Assembly: GCA_965653495.1 (NCBI GenBank)
Contig: CBFHAJ010000001.1
Span: 1-62,980, forward strand
Source of the DNA: an uncultured bacterium
GTDB taxonomy: Bacteria; Gemmatimonadota; Gemmatimonadetes; Gemmatimonadales; GWC2-71-9
Length of the DNA: 62,980 nucleotides
Direction of reading: 5' to 3'
Shown here: in pieces, positions 52,050-59,221 of the stretch
Layout of the letters: each line of letters opens with the position of its first letter
How positions within the stretch are numbered: the stretch's first letter is position 1
Program-made: the position numbers and the translations under genes
The notes under the pieces: generated by a model
Database searches by the model: none
Told to the model about the DNA's origin: nothing
Seen by the model: the letters and a program-made list of their open reading frames with translations, nothing else

Positions 52050-52078
52050 TTGACTCGGGCTCGCGGGGCGCCTACTAT
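52050..52078 (+). promoter_or_regulatory. Sigma70-like promoter candidate for rho (TTGACT-N17-TACTAT)
   Basis: TTGACT at 52050-52055, a 17-nt spacer and TACTAT at 52073-52078. This leaves a leader of about 95 nt before the rho ATG at 52180. Confidence 0.45.
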
Positions 52079-52179
52079 AACTCGTCCGCACTCCTTCGAA
52101 TTTCCAGATTCCATTTTCAAGACCGCGTTCACTCCCCACCCCGGGGTTTAGCCCGCCGTAGCACGGAGCAAGAACACAC

Positions 52180-53439
52180 GTGGATATCGCTGAATTGAAG
52201 AGGAAGTCCGTCGCGGAACTGCACGCGATGGCCGAAACCCTGAACATCACCAACTACTCAGGGCTCCGCAAGCAGGATCTGATTTTCCGCATCGAGCAGT
52301 CGCTGCTCGACTCCGACACGGTGCTCCGGGGCGAAGGCGTCCTGGAAATCCTGCCGGAAGGCTACGGATTCCTCCGCAGCCCCGACTGGAACTATCTCTA
52401 CGGCCCCGACGACATCTACGTCTCGCCCAGCCAGATCAAACGGTTCGATCTGCGCACCGGGGATACCATCATGGGACAGGTCCGGCCGCCCAAGGAAGGG
52501 GAGCGCTATCTCGCGCTGCTCAAGGTTGAGACGGTCAACGGCGAGGAGCCGGAGAAGGCCAAGCACCGGGTCGCGTTCGACAACCTGCGGCCCCGCTACC
52601 CGGAGCAGCGCATCAAGCTGGAGCGCAAGGACGCGGACCTGTCGATGCGCGTGATGGACATTCTGAGCCCCATCGGCAAAGGACAGCGCGGCCTCATCGT
52701 GTCGCCGCCCAAAGCCGGTAAGACCATCCTGATGCAGAAGCTGGCCAATTCCATCATCGAGAATCATCCCGAGATCTACCTCATCGTGCTGCTGATCGAC
52801 GAGCGGCCCGAAGAGGTGACCGACATGGAGGAGAACGTCAAAGGCGCCAACGTCGAGGTGATCTCCTCCACGTTCGACGAGCCGGCCGACCGGCACGTGC
52901 AGGTCGCCGACATGGTCATTGAAAAAGCCAAGCGCTTGGTCGAGCACGGCAAGGACGTCGTGATTCTGCTCGATTCCATCACGCGCCTGGGCCGCGCCCA
53001 CAACGTCGTGGTGCCGCACTCGGGCAAGATCCTGTCGGGCGGTGTGGATGCCAACGCGCTGCAGAAGCCCAAGCGCTTCTTCGGCGCCGCGCGTAACATC
53101 GAGGGCGGCGGCTCCCTCACGATTCTGGCGACCGCGCTGATCGATACCGGCTCGCGCATGGACGAGGTCATCTTCGAGGAGTTCAAGGGCACCGGGAACT
53201 CGGAAGTAATTCTCGACCGCCGCATCGCCGAACGGCGCACGTTCCCGGCGATCGATGTGCAGCGCACCAGCACCCGCAAGGAGGAGCTGCTCCTCACCAA
53301 GGACGAGCTCAACAAGGTCTACCTGCTGCGCAACTTCCTCGCCGATATGCCGCCGGTCGAGGGCATCGAGTTCCTGCTCGAGCGGCTCAAGCGCACCAAG
53401 ACCAACAACGAGTTTTTCGCCACGATGGCGCAGGGGTGA
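52180..53439 (+). CDS. rho: Transcription termination factor Rho
   Basis: 419 aa. ..[31 protein letters not shown].., Walker A PPKAGKT, ..[10 protein letters not shown].. and ..[31 protein letters not shown]... Confidence 0.97.
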   Translation: MDIAELKRKSVAELHAMAETLNITNYSGLRKQDLIFRIEQSLLDSDTVLRGEGVLEILPEGYGFLRSPDWNYLYGPDDIYVSPSQIKRFDLRTGDTIMGQVRPPKEGERYLALLKVETVNGEEPEKAKHRVAFDNLRPRYPEQRIKLERKDADLSMRVMDILSPIGKGQRGLIVSPPKAGKTILMQKLANSIIENHPEIYLIVLLIDERPEEVTDMEENVKGANVEVISSTFDEPADRHVQVADMVIEKAKRLVEHGKDVVILLDSITRLGRAHNVVVPHSGKILSGGVDANALQKPKRFFGAARNIEGGGSLTILATALIDTGSRMDEVIFEEFKGTGNSEVILDRRIAERRTFPAIDVQRTSTRKEELLLTKDELNKVYLLRNFLADMPPVEGIEFLLERLKRTKTNNEFFATMAQG

Positions 53440-53873
53440 CGGAACGCGGGCGATTGCTCGGCGTCGATTGGGGCGAACGCCGCATCGGCCTCGCCCTGTC
53501 CGACGAGACGCAGACCCTCGCCAAGCCGCTCGCGACCCTCACCCGCCGCGCCGGCAAACGCTTCCCGATGCGCCAGCTCCTCACCCTGCTGGAACGTCAC
53601 GCCGTGACCGGCATCGTGGTCGGCCTGCCGCTCGACCAGGAGGGGGGCGAGGGCGAGGCGGCCTGCTCCGCCCGCACCCTCGCCGCCGCGCTCGAGCGCC
53701 ACTCGGGCACGCCGGTCGCCTTGTGGGACGAGCGGCTCACGACGGCCCGCGCCCTGCAAACCGTGCGTGAGCTGGGCGGGACGACGAGGGGCCGGAAGGA
53801 CGACGTGGACGCGCTGGCGGCGACGGTCTTGCTGCAACACTATCTCGACGCGAGGCGGGGAACAGCCACATGA
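53436..53873 (+). CDS. ruvX: Holliday-junction resolvase-like nuclease RuvX/YqgF
   Basis: ..[17 protein letters not shown].. and ..DERLTT... 145 aa. GTGA overlap with rho. Confidence 0.9.
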   Translation: MTERGRLLGVDWGERRIGLALSDETQTLAKPLATLTRRAGKRFPMRQLLTLLERHAVTGIVVGLPLDQEGGEGEAACSARTLAAALERHSGTPVALWDERLTTARALQTVRELGGTTRGRKDDVDALAATVLLQHYLDARRGTAT

Positions 53874-54931
53874 GCGTGCGGAGTGTGGAGTGCGGAGTGC
53901 GGAGTGGACGAGCGACCTCTCGTTCTCAACTCCGCACTCCGCGTTCCGCACTCCGCACTCTGCTCATCGCCGCCCTGGCAGCCTGCAGCGGCTCCGATGG
54001 CCCCAGAGTCACCGTCACTATCCCTGCGGGCGCCACGCTCGACGCCGCCATCGACTCGCTCGCCGCCAGCCGGGTGATCGATCATCCCGGCACGTTCCGC
54101 CTCTATGCGAAGCTGCGGGGGCTGGGTGGATCGCTGAAGAGCGGCGTGTACCTGCTGCATCAGGACGAAGCCTGGTCGGAAGTCGTGGCCGCCCTCGAGC
54201 GGGGCCGGGGCGTGGAGCAACGCTTCACGGTGCGGGAAGGCCTGCGCCTTTCCGAGATCGCCGAGATCGCCCAGCGCGCGCTCGGCATCCCGCGCGACTC
54301 GCTGCTCGATGCGGCGCAGGATTCCGCGCTGCTCGCTGGATTAGGCCTTCCCCCGACCACGCCCAGCGCCGAGGGGTACCTGTTCCCCACGACGTACCTG
54401 TTGCCGCTGCACATCGGGGCGCACGAGCTGGTGCACGTGATGACGCATCAGTTCGTGGAGCAATGGAGCCCGGAGTGGCAGGCTCGACTCGATTCACTCA
54501 ACTTCTCGCGCCACCAGCTGGTCACGCTCGCGTCGATCGTCGAGGCCGAGGCGCGCTACGACCCCGATCGACCGTTCATCTCCGCCGTGTATCACAACCG
54601 CCTGAAGCGCGGCATGCGGCTCGAGGCCGACCCGACCGTGAGCTACGCCTACGGCCGGCGACTCAAGCGCGTGTACGAGAAGAACCTCGCCGTGCGGTCG
54701 GCCTACAACACGTATCTGCATTCCGGGCTGCCCCCGGGCCCGATCGGCCAGCCGGGGCGCGCCAGTCTCGCGGCCGCGCTCTACCCGGCCGACGTGCCGT
54801 TTCTGTACTTTGTGGCCCAGCCTGACGGCAAGCACATTTTCTCCACCACGTTCGCCGAGCACGAAGCGGCGATCGCGCGCGTCAAGCAACTGCGGCGCGC
54901 AGCGCGCGCGTCGCGGCCTCCGGGTCGGTAG
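53870..54931 (+). CDS. mltG: Endolytic murein transglycosylase MltG (YceG-like)
   Basis: ..EGYLFPTTY.., ..LASIVEAEA.., ..VYHNRLKRGMRLEADPTV.Y.. and ..YNTYLHSGLPPGPIGQPG... ATGA overlap with ruvX. The N-terminal 30 codons are occupied by a palindromic element. Confidence 0.9.
   Translation: MSVRSVECGVRSGRATSRSQLRTPRSALRTLLIAALAACSGSDGPRVTVTIPAGATLDAAIDSLAASRVIDHPGTFRLYAKLRGLGGSLKSGVYLLHQDEAWSEVVAALERGRGVEQRFTVREGLRLSEIAEIAQRALGIPRDSLLDAAQDSALLAGLGLPPTTPSAEGYLFPTTYLLPLHIGAHELVHVMTHQFVEQWSPEWQARLDSLNFSRHQLVTLASIVEAEARYDPDRPFISAVYHNRLKRGMRLEADPTVSYAYGRRLKRVYEKNLAVRSAYNTYLHSGLPPGPIGQPGRASLAAALYPADVPFLYFVAQPDGKHIFSTTFAEHEAAIARVKQLRRAARASRPPGR
53876..53958. repeat. 30-nt-arm imperfect palindrome built from GTGCGGA heptamer units, in frame inside the 5' end of mltG
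   Basis: GTGCGGAGTGTGGAGTGCGGAGTGCGGAGT (53876-53905) versus ACTCCGCACTCCGCGTTCCGCACTCCGCAC (53929-53958), 27 of 30 complementary, with a 23-nt spacer. Confidence 0.85.
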
Positions 54932-55511
54932 CGCTCCAAATTGCCCCGATCACGGCCACCCCGGCGGCGCCGGCGCGCATCACCGCCGCGGCATTCGCGG
55001 TCGTGATCCCGCCGATCGCGATCACCGGCATGCCTGGCGGGGCCAGCGCCGCCAGGCGCGTGAAGCCCTCGGCGCCGAGCGGCGCGCCGGCATCGGCCTT
55101 ATTGCCGGTCGCGAAACACGGCCCCACACTCCAGTAGTCCGCAGGCCAGGCCGACACGCGCTGCGCCTCCGCCGGCGTGCCGACGGAAATGCCGAGCAGA
55201 AACGCGGGAGCCGCAGGGACGAAGTCACGGATGCGGTCGAGCGGCAGGTCCTCCTGTCCCAGGTGCGCGCCGGCGGCACCAGCGGCAAGGGCCACATCGA
55301 CCCGGTCGTTCACCATCACCGGGATGGCGAGCGCCGCCACCAGCGTCCGGGCGAGGGCCGCGGCATCGCGCGCCGGAGCGTCCTTCAGGCGTACCTGGAT
55401 CATGGTCGCGCCGCCGGCTTCGGCCCGCCGGCAGGCGGTCACGATATCGCGCCCCTTGAGGAGCGCGGCGTCCGTGAGCACCATCAAGCGCAACCGATCG
55501 GCGAGCGTCAT
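54882..55511 (-). CDS. thiE: Thiamine-phosphate synthase
   Basis: Trimmed from the 298-aa track ORF to the ATG at 55511. ..LMVLTD.., ..GGATMIQVRLKD.., ..VNDRVDVALA..GAHLGQED.. and ..VIAIGGI... Confidence 0.85.
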   Translation of the reverse strand: MTLADRLRLMVLTDAALLKGRDIVTACRRAEAGGATMIQVRLKDAPARDAAALARTLVAALAIPVMVNDRVDVALAAGAAGAHLGQEDLPLDRIRDFVPAAPAFLLGISVGTPAEAQRVSAWPADYWSVGPCFATGNKADAGAPLGAEGFTRLAALAPPGMPVIAIGGITTANAAAVMRAGAAGVAVIGAIWSATDPEAATRALRAAVA

Positions 55512-55884
55512 GACCAAGATCCTGCGGGGACTGCGCGGTGCCACCACCGCGACGGCCAACACGCGCGATGCGATCCTCAGCGCGACGGCGGAGCTGCTGC
55601 GCGCGCTGCAGGAGGCGAACGGCTTCCGGCCCGAAGAGGTCGAGAGCGCCATCTTCACGTCGTCGCCCGACCTCACCGCCGAATACCCGGCGCGCGCCGC
55701 GCGCTCCCTCGGCTGGACCGAGGTGCCGCTGCTGGGCGCCGCGGAAGTGGCCGTGCCCGACGGCTTACCGCTCTGCATCCGCGTGCTGCTGCACTTCTAC
55801 ACGGCCAAGCCGCAGCGCGAACTGAAACATATGTACCTGCGCGGCGCGGCGAAGCTGCGGCCGGATCGCGGCGGTGGCACGTGA
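55510..55884 (+). CDS. aroH: AroH-type chorismate mutase
   Basis: In-frame ATG at 55510. MTKILRGLRGATTATANTRDAILSATAELL..EEVESAIFTSSPDLTAEYPA..GWTEVPLLGAAEVAVPDGLPLCIRVLLHF. 124 aa. Confidence 0.85.
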   Translation: MTKILRGLRGATTATANTRDAILSATAELLRALQEANGFRPEEVESAIFTSSPDLTAEYPARAARSLGWTEVPLLGAAEVAVPDGLPLCIRVLLHFYTAKPQRELKHMYLRGAAKLRPDRGGGT

Positions 55885-57056
55885 CGACGCTGACCGCGTC
55901 CCGCACGGTCGTGGTGTCGGCGAAGGGCGCCGCGCGCTGGCAGGCCGGCCATCCCTGGATCTATCGCACGGACGTGTACGACGAGCCACGCGACGCGCCG
56001 GGGATCGTGACCGTGACGGAGCGCCGCGGCCGCCACCTCGGCCAGGCGCTGTACTCGCCGAAATCCGAGATCCGGCTGCGGCTCCTGACGCGCGGCCGCG
56101 AGCCGATCGACGCCAGCTGGTGGCACGAACGCATGGAGCGGGCGGCAGCGCTGCGCCGGGGGGTGCAGGCCACCGCCTATCGGGTAGTGCACGCCGAAGG
56201 CGACGGCCTTCCCTCTCTGGTGGTGGACCGCTACGGCCCCTACGTCGTCGCCCAGTTGCTCTCCGCCGGGCTCGAGCAGGCGCGCAACGACGCGGTGGCG
56301 GGAATCACTGCGGCGCTAGCGCCCGAGGGCATCCTGCTGCGCAACGACTCCGCCATCCGGCGTCACGAAGGCCTCCCGCTCGAGGTCGTCGCGGCGGCCG
56401 GAGCGGTGCCGGCGACGGTGGAGGTCGAGGAGCACGGCATCCGCTACCTGGCCGCACCGCACGATGGTCAAAAGACCGGCGCGTTCCTGGATCAGCGCGA
56501 GAATCGCGTGCTGGTGAGCGAGCACGCTGGCCCGGGCCGGGCGCTCGACCTGTTCACCTACCACGGCTCGTTCGCGCTGCACCTCGCTCGGCGGAGTGCC
56601 GAGGTCGTGGCCGTCGACTCGAGTGCCGAGGCGCTCGCGCGCGGGCGCGAAAATGCCGCGCTCAACGGGTTCGCGAACATCACGTGGCGCGAGGCCAATG
56701 CGTTTGATCTGTTGCGCGAGCTCGAGCGCCGCGAGGAGCGGTTCGACACCGTGGTCCTCGACCCGCCGGCGTTCGCCAAGTCGAAGCAGAGCGTCGACCG
56801 CGCGCTCGCGGGCTACAAGGAGATCAACCTCCGCGCCATGCGGCTCCTCACGAGCGGCGGAGTGTTGTTCACCTGCTCCTGCTCCTACCACGTGAGCCGG
56901 GCGGTCTTCCTCGACATGGTGGCGGATGCCGCGCGGGACTCGGGGGCCCGTCTGCAGATCATGGCCGTCACCGGAGCCGGCAGCGACCATCCGGAGCTGG
57001 TGAACGTTCCCGAGACGGGTTACCTCAAAGGGGTCCTGCTTCGAGCGGTGGACTAG
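55881..57056 (+). CDS. Class I SAM-dependent rRNA methyltransferase (RlmI/PUA-domain type)
   Basis: Trimmed from the 748-aa track ORF to the GTG at 55881 (GTGA overlap with aroH). ..GHPWIYRTDV.., ..GDGLPSLVVDRYG.., ..QKTGAFLDQREN.., ..VLDPPAFAKS.. and ..FTCSCSYH... Confidence 0.85.
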   Translation: MTTLTASRTVVVSAKGAARWQAGHPWIYRTDVYDEPRDAPGIVTVTERRGRHLGQALYSPKSEIRLRLLTRGREPIDASWWHERMERAAALRRGVQATAYRVVHAEGDGLPSLVVDRYGPYVVAQLLSAGLEQARNDAVAGITAALAPEGILLRNDSAIRRHEGLPLEVVAAAGAVPATVEVEEHGIRYLAAPHDGQKTGAFLDQRENRVLVSEHAGPGRALDLFTYHGSFALHLARRSAEVVAVDSSAEALARGRENAALNGFANITWREANAFDLLRELERREERFDTVVLDPPAFAKSKQSVDRALAGYKEINLRAMRLLTSGGVLFTCSCSYHVSRAVFLDMVADAARDSGARLQIMAVTGAGSDHPELVNVPETGYLKGVLLRAVD

Positions 57057-57106
57057 TCTTCACCGTTGACTATTGTGCAGCCCCTTACAACCTTGCACTC
57101 CTGTCC

Positions 57107-57961
57107 ATGCCGGCGTCCGCCCTGGTCCGCCGAGTTTTTATCGGCCTCCTCGTCGCCAACCTGGCGGTCGTGGGGATCAAGCTGGCCGTCGGGATCGAGT
57201 CCGGGTCCCTGGCGGTGCTCGGCGGCGCGGTGGATTCCTGCGTGGACGCGCTGAACAATGTGCTCGCGCTGATCGTCGTGCGCGTCGCGGCCAAGGAGCC
57301 GGATGAGGACCACCCGTACGGGCACGGCAAGTTCGAGACGCTGGGCGCGCTCGCGATCGTGGGATTCCTGTCGATCACCTGCTTCGAGCTGATACGGGGG
57401 GCGATCAATCACCTCGTGAGCGGCACGCATCGCATCGACGTCACCGACTTTCAGTTCGCGCTCCTGGTCCTTACTCTGGGCGTGAACGTCCTGGTCACCT
57501 GGTACGAGCAACGTCGCGGCACCGAGCTCGGTAGCGAGCTGCTGGTGGCCGACGCGGCGCACACCCGCGCCGATGTGTTCATCACGGTCGGCGTGCTCAT
57601 CGGCATTCTGCTGACCCGCCAGGGGTGGTGGTGGGCCGACCCGGCGGTGGCCATCGTGGTCGCTCTGGCGATCGTGCTCGTCGCGTATCGCATCGTGGCG
57701 CGCACCGTGCCGGTGCTGGTGGACGAGCGGGCCATCCCGCCGGGGGACATCCGGGGCGCAGCCCAGGCAGTGCCCGGCGTGAAGAGCGCGTACGGCATCC
57801 GCTCCCGCGGACCCTCCGATCTGCGCTACGCCGAGTTGACGGTGTGCGTGGATCGCCACGCCGACGTCGAATCGGCTCACGCCATCGCGGATCAGGTCGA
57901 GGAGCGTCTCAAGCGCGACTTGCGGCTGCACGAAGTCACCGTGCACGTGGAGCCATGCTGA
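57107..57961 (+). CDS. Cation diffusion facilitator (CDF) family metal efflux transporter
   Basis: 284 aa. ..SGSLAVLGGAVDSCVDALNN.., ..DEDHPYGHGKFE.., ..ADAAHTRADV.. and a C-terminal cytoplasmic domain. Confidence 0.9.
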   Translation: MPASALVRRVFIGLLVANLAVVGIKLAVGIESGSLAVLGGAVDSCVDALNNVLALIVVRVAAKEPDEDHPYGHGKFETLGALAIVGFLSITCFELIRGAINHLVSGTHRIDVTDFQFALLVLTLGVNVLVTWYEQRRGTELGSELLVADAAHTRADVFITVGVLIGILLTRQGWWWADPAVAIVVALAIVLVAYRIVARTVPVLVDERAIPPGDIRGAAQAVPGVKSAYGIRSRGPSDLRYAELTVCVDRHADVESAHAIADQVEERLKRDLRLHEVTVHVEPC

Positions 57962-58809
57962 ACCTCTCGGGGAACCATCCGTCCCGCACGACGCGGCGGC
58001 CGCCGCGCTCGCTCAGGCAGGAGTACCACGAATTCCTGCTGCAGCGCATCGAGGAGTACAAGAACGCGCTGACGCGCGAGCAGCTGCTCGAGATCGGCGA
58101 CGAGGCCGTGCGCGAGCTGGAAACGAGCGCCGCGGGGCAGTATCTGCTGACGGAGGTGCTGCTGCTCGAGCACGTGGACCGCATCATCACGCGGCGCCTG
58201 CGCCTGCCCTCTTTCCCCCGCTGGCGCCAGAAGCACCGCGCGCTGCGCGCCGCTCAACGGGTGCCCACGCATTGGGGCCTCGAGCCGGGTCCGCTGGTGA
58301 GCTCGGTGCGCCGCCTCGAGCCCGGCGACCTGGGCGTCGTGATCGGCGCGGCGGGCCAACCGCTCGCCGCGGCGCTGTTCATCGCCGCGCACGACGCCGA
58401 GGTGTTCCTGCTCGACCAGGACCTGGCGGCCGTCGAGGGAGCCGAGAGCCGCGCCGTGACGGAGCAGCTGGCCGGCCGGTTCCAGGCACTCGTCGTGACG
58501 TTCGGCGCCTGGTTCCCCGACGTGTCGCCCAGCATCGTGGTGATCGACCCCGCGGTCCTCGCGAGCGCGCGCCCGCGGGACCGCACCAGCCTGCTGTCGG
58601 ACCTCCAGGCCCGGACCCGCCCCGGCGGCGTTCACGTGATCATGCCGAGCCCTTCGACGAGCGAAGTCATTCCGCTCGCGTCCGAGGCGCTGCAGGGCCA
58701 ATACGCCGGCTGGGAGATCGTGCGGCGCCGCCGGTCCAAAGCCGGCGCCGGCTTCATCGCCACCAAACCGGAGCGTCAGCTGGACACAGCTCTGAACGTG
58801 TCGGAGTAA
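57955..58809 (+). CDS. Hypothetical protein (weak Rossmann/methyltransferase-like C-terminal half)
   Basis: In-frame ATG at 57955 overlaps the CDF stop by 7 nt. 284 aa. ..GDLGVVIGAAGQPLAAALFIAAHDAEVFLLDQD... Confidence 0.55.
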   Translation: MLNLSGNHPSRTTRRPPRSLRQEYHEFLLQRIEEYKNALTREQLLEIGDEAVRELETSAAGQYLLTEVLLLEHVDRIITRRLRLPSFPRWRQKHRALRAAQRVPTHWGLEPGPLVSSVRRLEPGDLGVVIGAAGQPLAAALFIAAHDAEVFLLDQDLAAVEGAESRAVTEQLAGRFQALVVTFGAWFPDVSPSIVVIDPAVLASARPRDRTSLLSDLQARTRPGGVHVIMPSPSTSEVIPLASEALQGQYAGWEIVRRRRSKAGAGFIATKPERQLDTALNVSE

Positions 58810-58829
58810 CCGCCCCCCTCCCGGCCCAT

Positions 58830-58921
58830 CACGTTACACGTTGCACGACAACACGTTGCACGACGCGATCGGTGGCAAGCCGTTTGCCTCGGGCAACCGG
58901 TAACCTGCAACGTGGAACGTG
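58830..58921. promoter_or_regulatory. Array of five CACGTT/AACGTG hexamers, including a 14-nt direct repeat ACACGTTGCACGAC x2
   Basis: CACGTT at 58830, 58837 and 58852. AACGTG at 58909 and 58916. The 14-mers lie at 58836-58849 and 58851-58864. Confidence 0.6.
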
Positions 58922-58925
58922 CGGC

Positions 58926-59093
58926 ATGACCAGCCTTCCCCTCGTCCTCGACGACAACGAGCCCATCGGCATCATTCTGCGGGCGGGCCGCAAGATGCTC
59001 CGCCCCGCGAAAATCTGGGCATACTGCTGGTTCACAGACGAGGGTGAGGCGGGCGACCACACGCACCTGCATCTCCCCGAGCACACCGAGTAA
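58926..59093 (+). CDS. Hypothetical 55-aa protein upstream of the formate-dehydrogenase-like gene
   Basis: ATG at 58926: MTSLPLVLDDNEPIGIILRAGRKMLRPAKIWAYCWFTDEGEAGDHTHLHLPEHTE. No motif recognised. Coding status is uncertain. Confidence 0.35.
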   Translation: MTSLPLVLDDNEPIGIILRAGRKMLRPAKIWAYCWFTDEGEAGDHTHLHLPEHTE

Positions 59094-59107
59094 CAGCTAA
59101 CAGCAAC

Positions 59108-59202
59108 AGACGGCAAGACGCCAAGCGGTTGACAGTCGCCAGGAGCTAGTCAAGCAACAACTTGCACCCGGCGACTAACAACCACTTGGCGTCTTGGCGT
59201 CT
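59108..59202. repeat. 33-nt-arm imperfect palindrome (GACGCCAA tandem units) forming the leader of the formate-dehydrogenase-like gene
   Basis: AGACGGCAAGACGCCAAGCGGTTGACAGTCGCC (59108-59140) versus GGCGACTAACAACCACTTGGCGTCTTGGCGTCT (59170-59202), 29 of 33 complementary, with a 29-nt loop. It ends 19 nt before the ATG at 59222. Confidence 0.8.
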
Positions 59203-59221
59203 GGCAGGTAATCTGTGAACT

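Noticed and set aside
59095-59221. Moco/Tuco riboswitch or another known riboswitch in the FDH leader.
   Set aside because: I could not recognise the conserved Moco-motif core. The region is dominated by one long, near-perfect palindrome rather than a multi-stem aptamer. It needs an Infernal scan to settle, so it is reported only as an unclassified hairpin.
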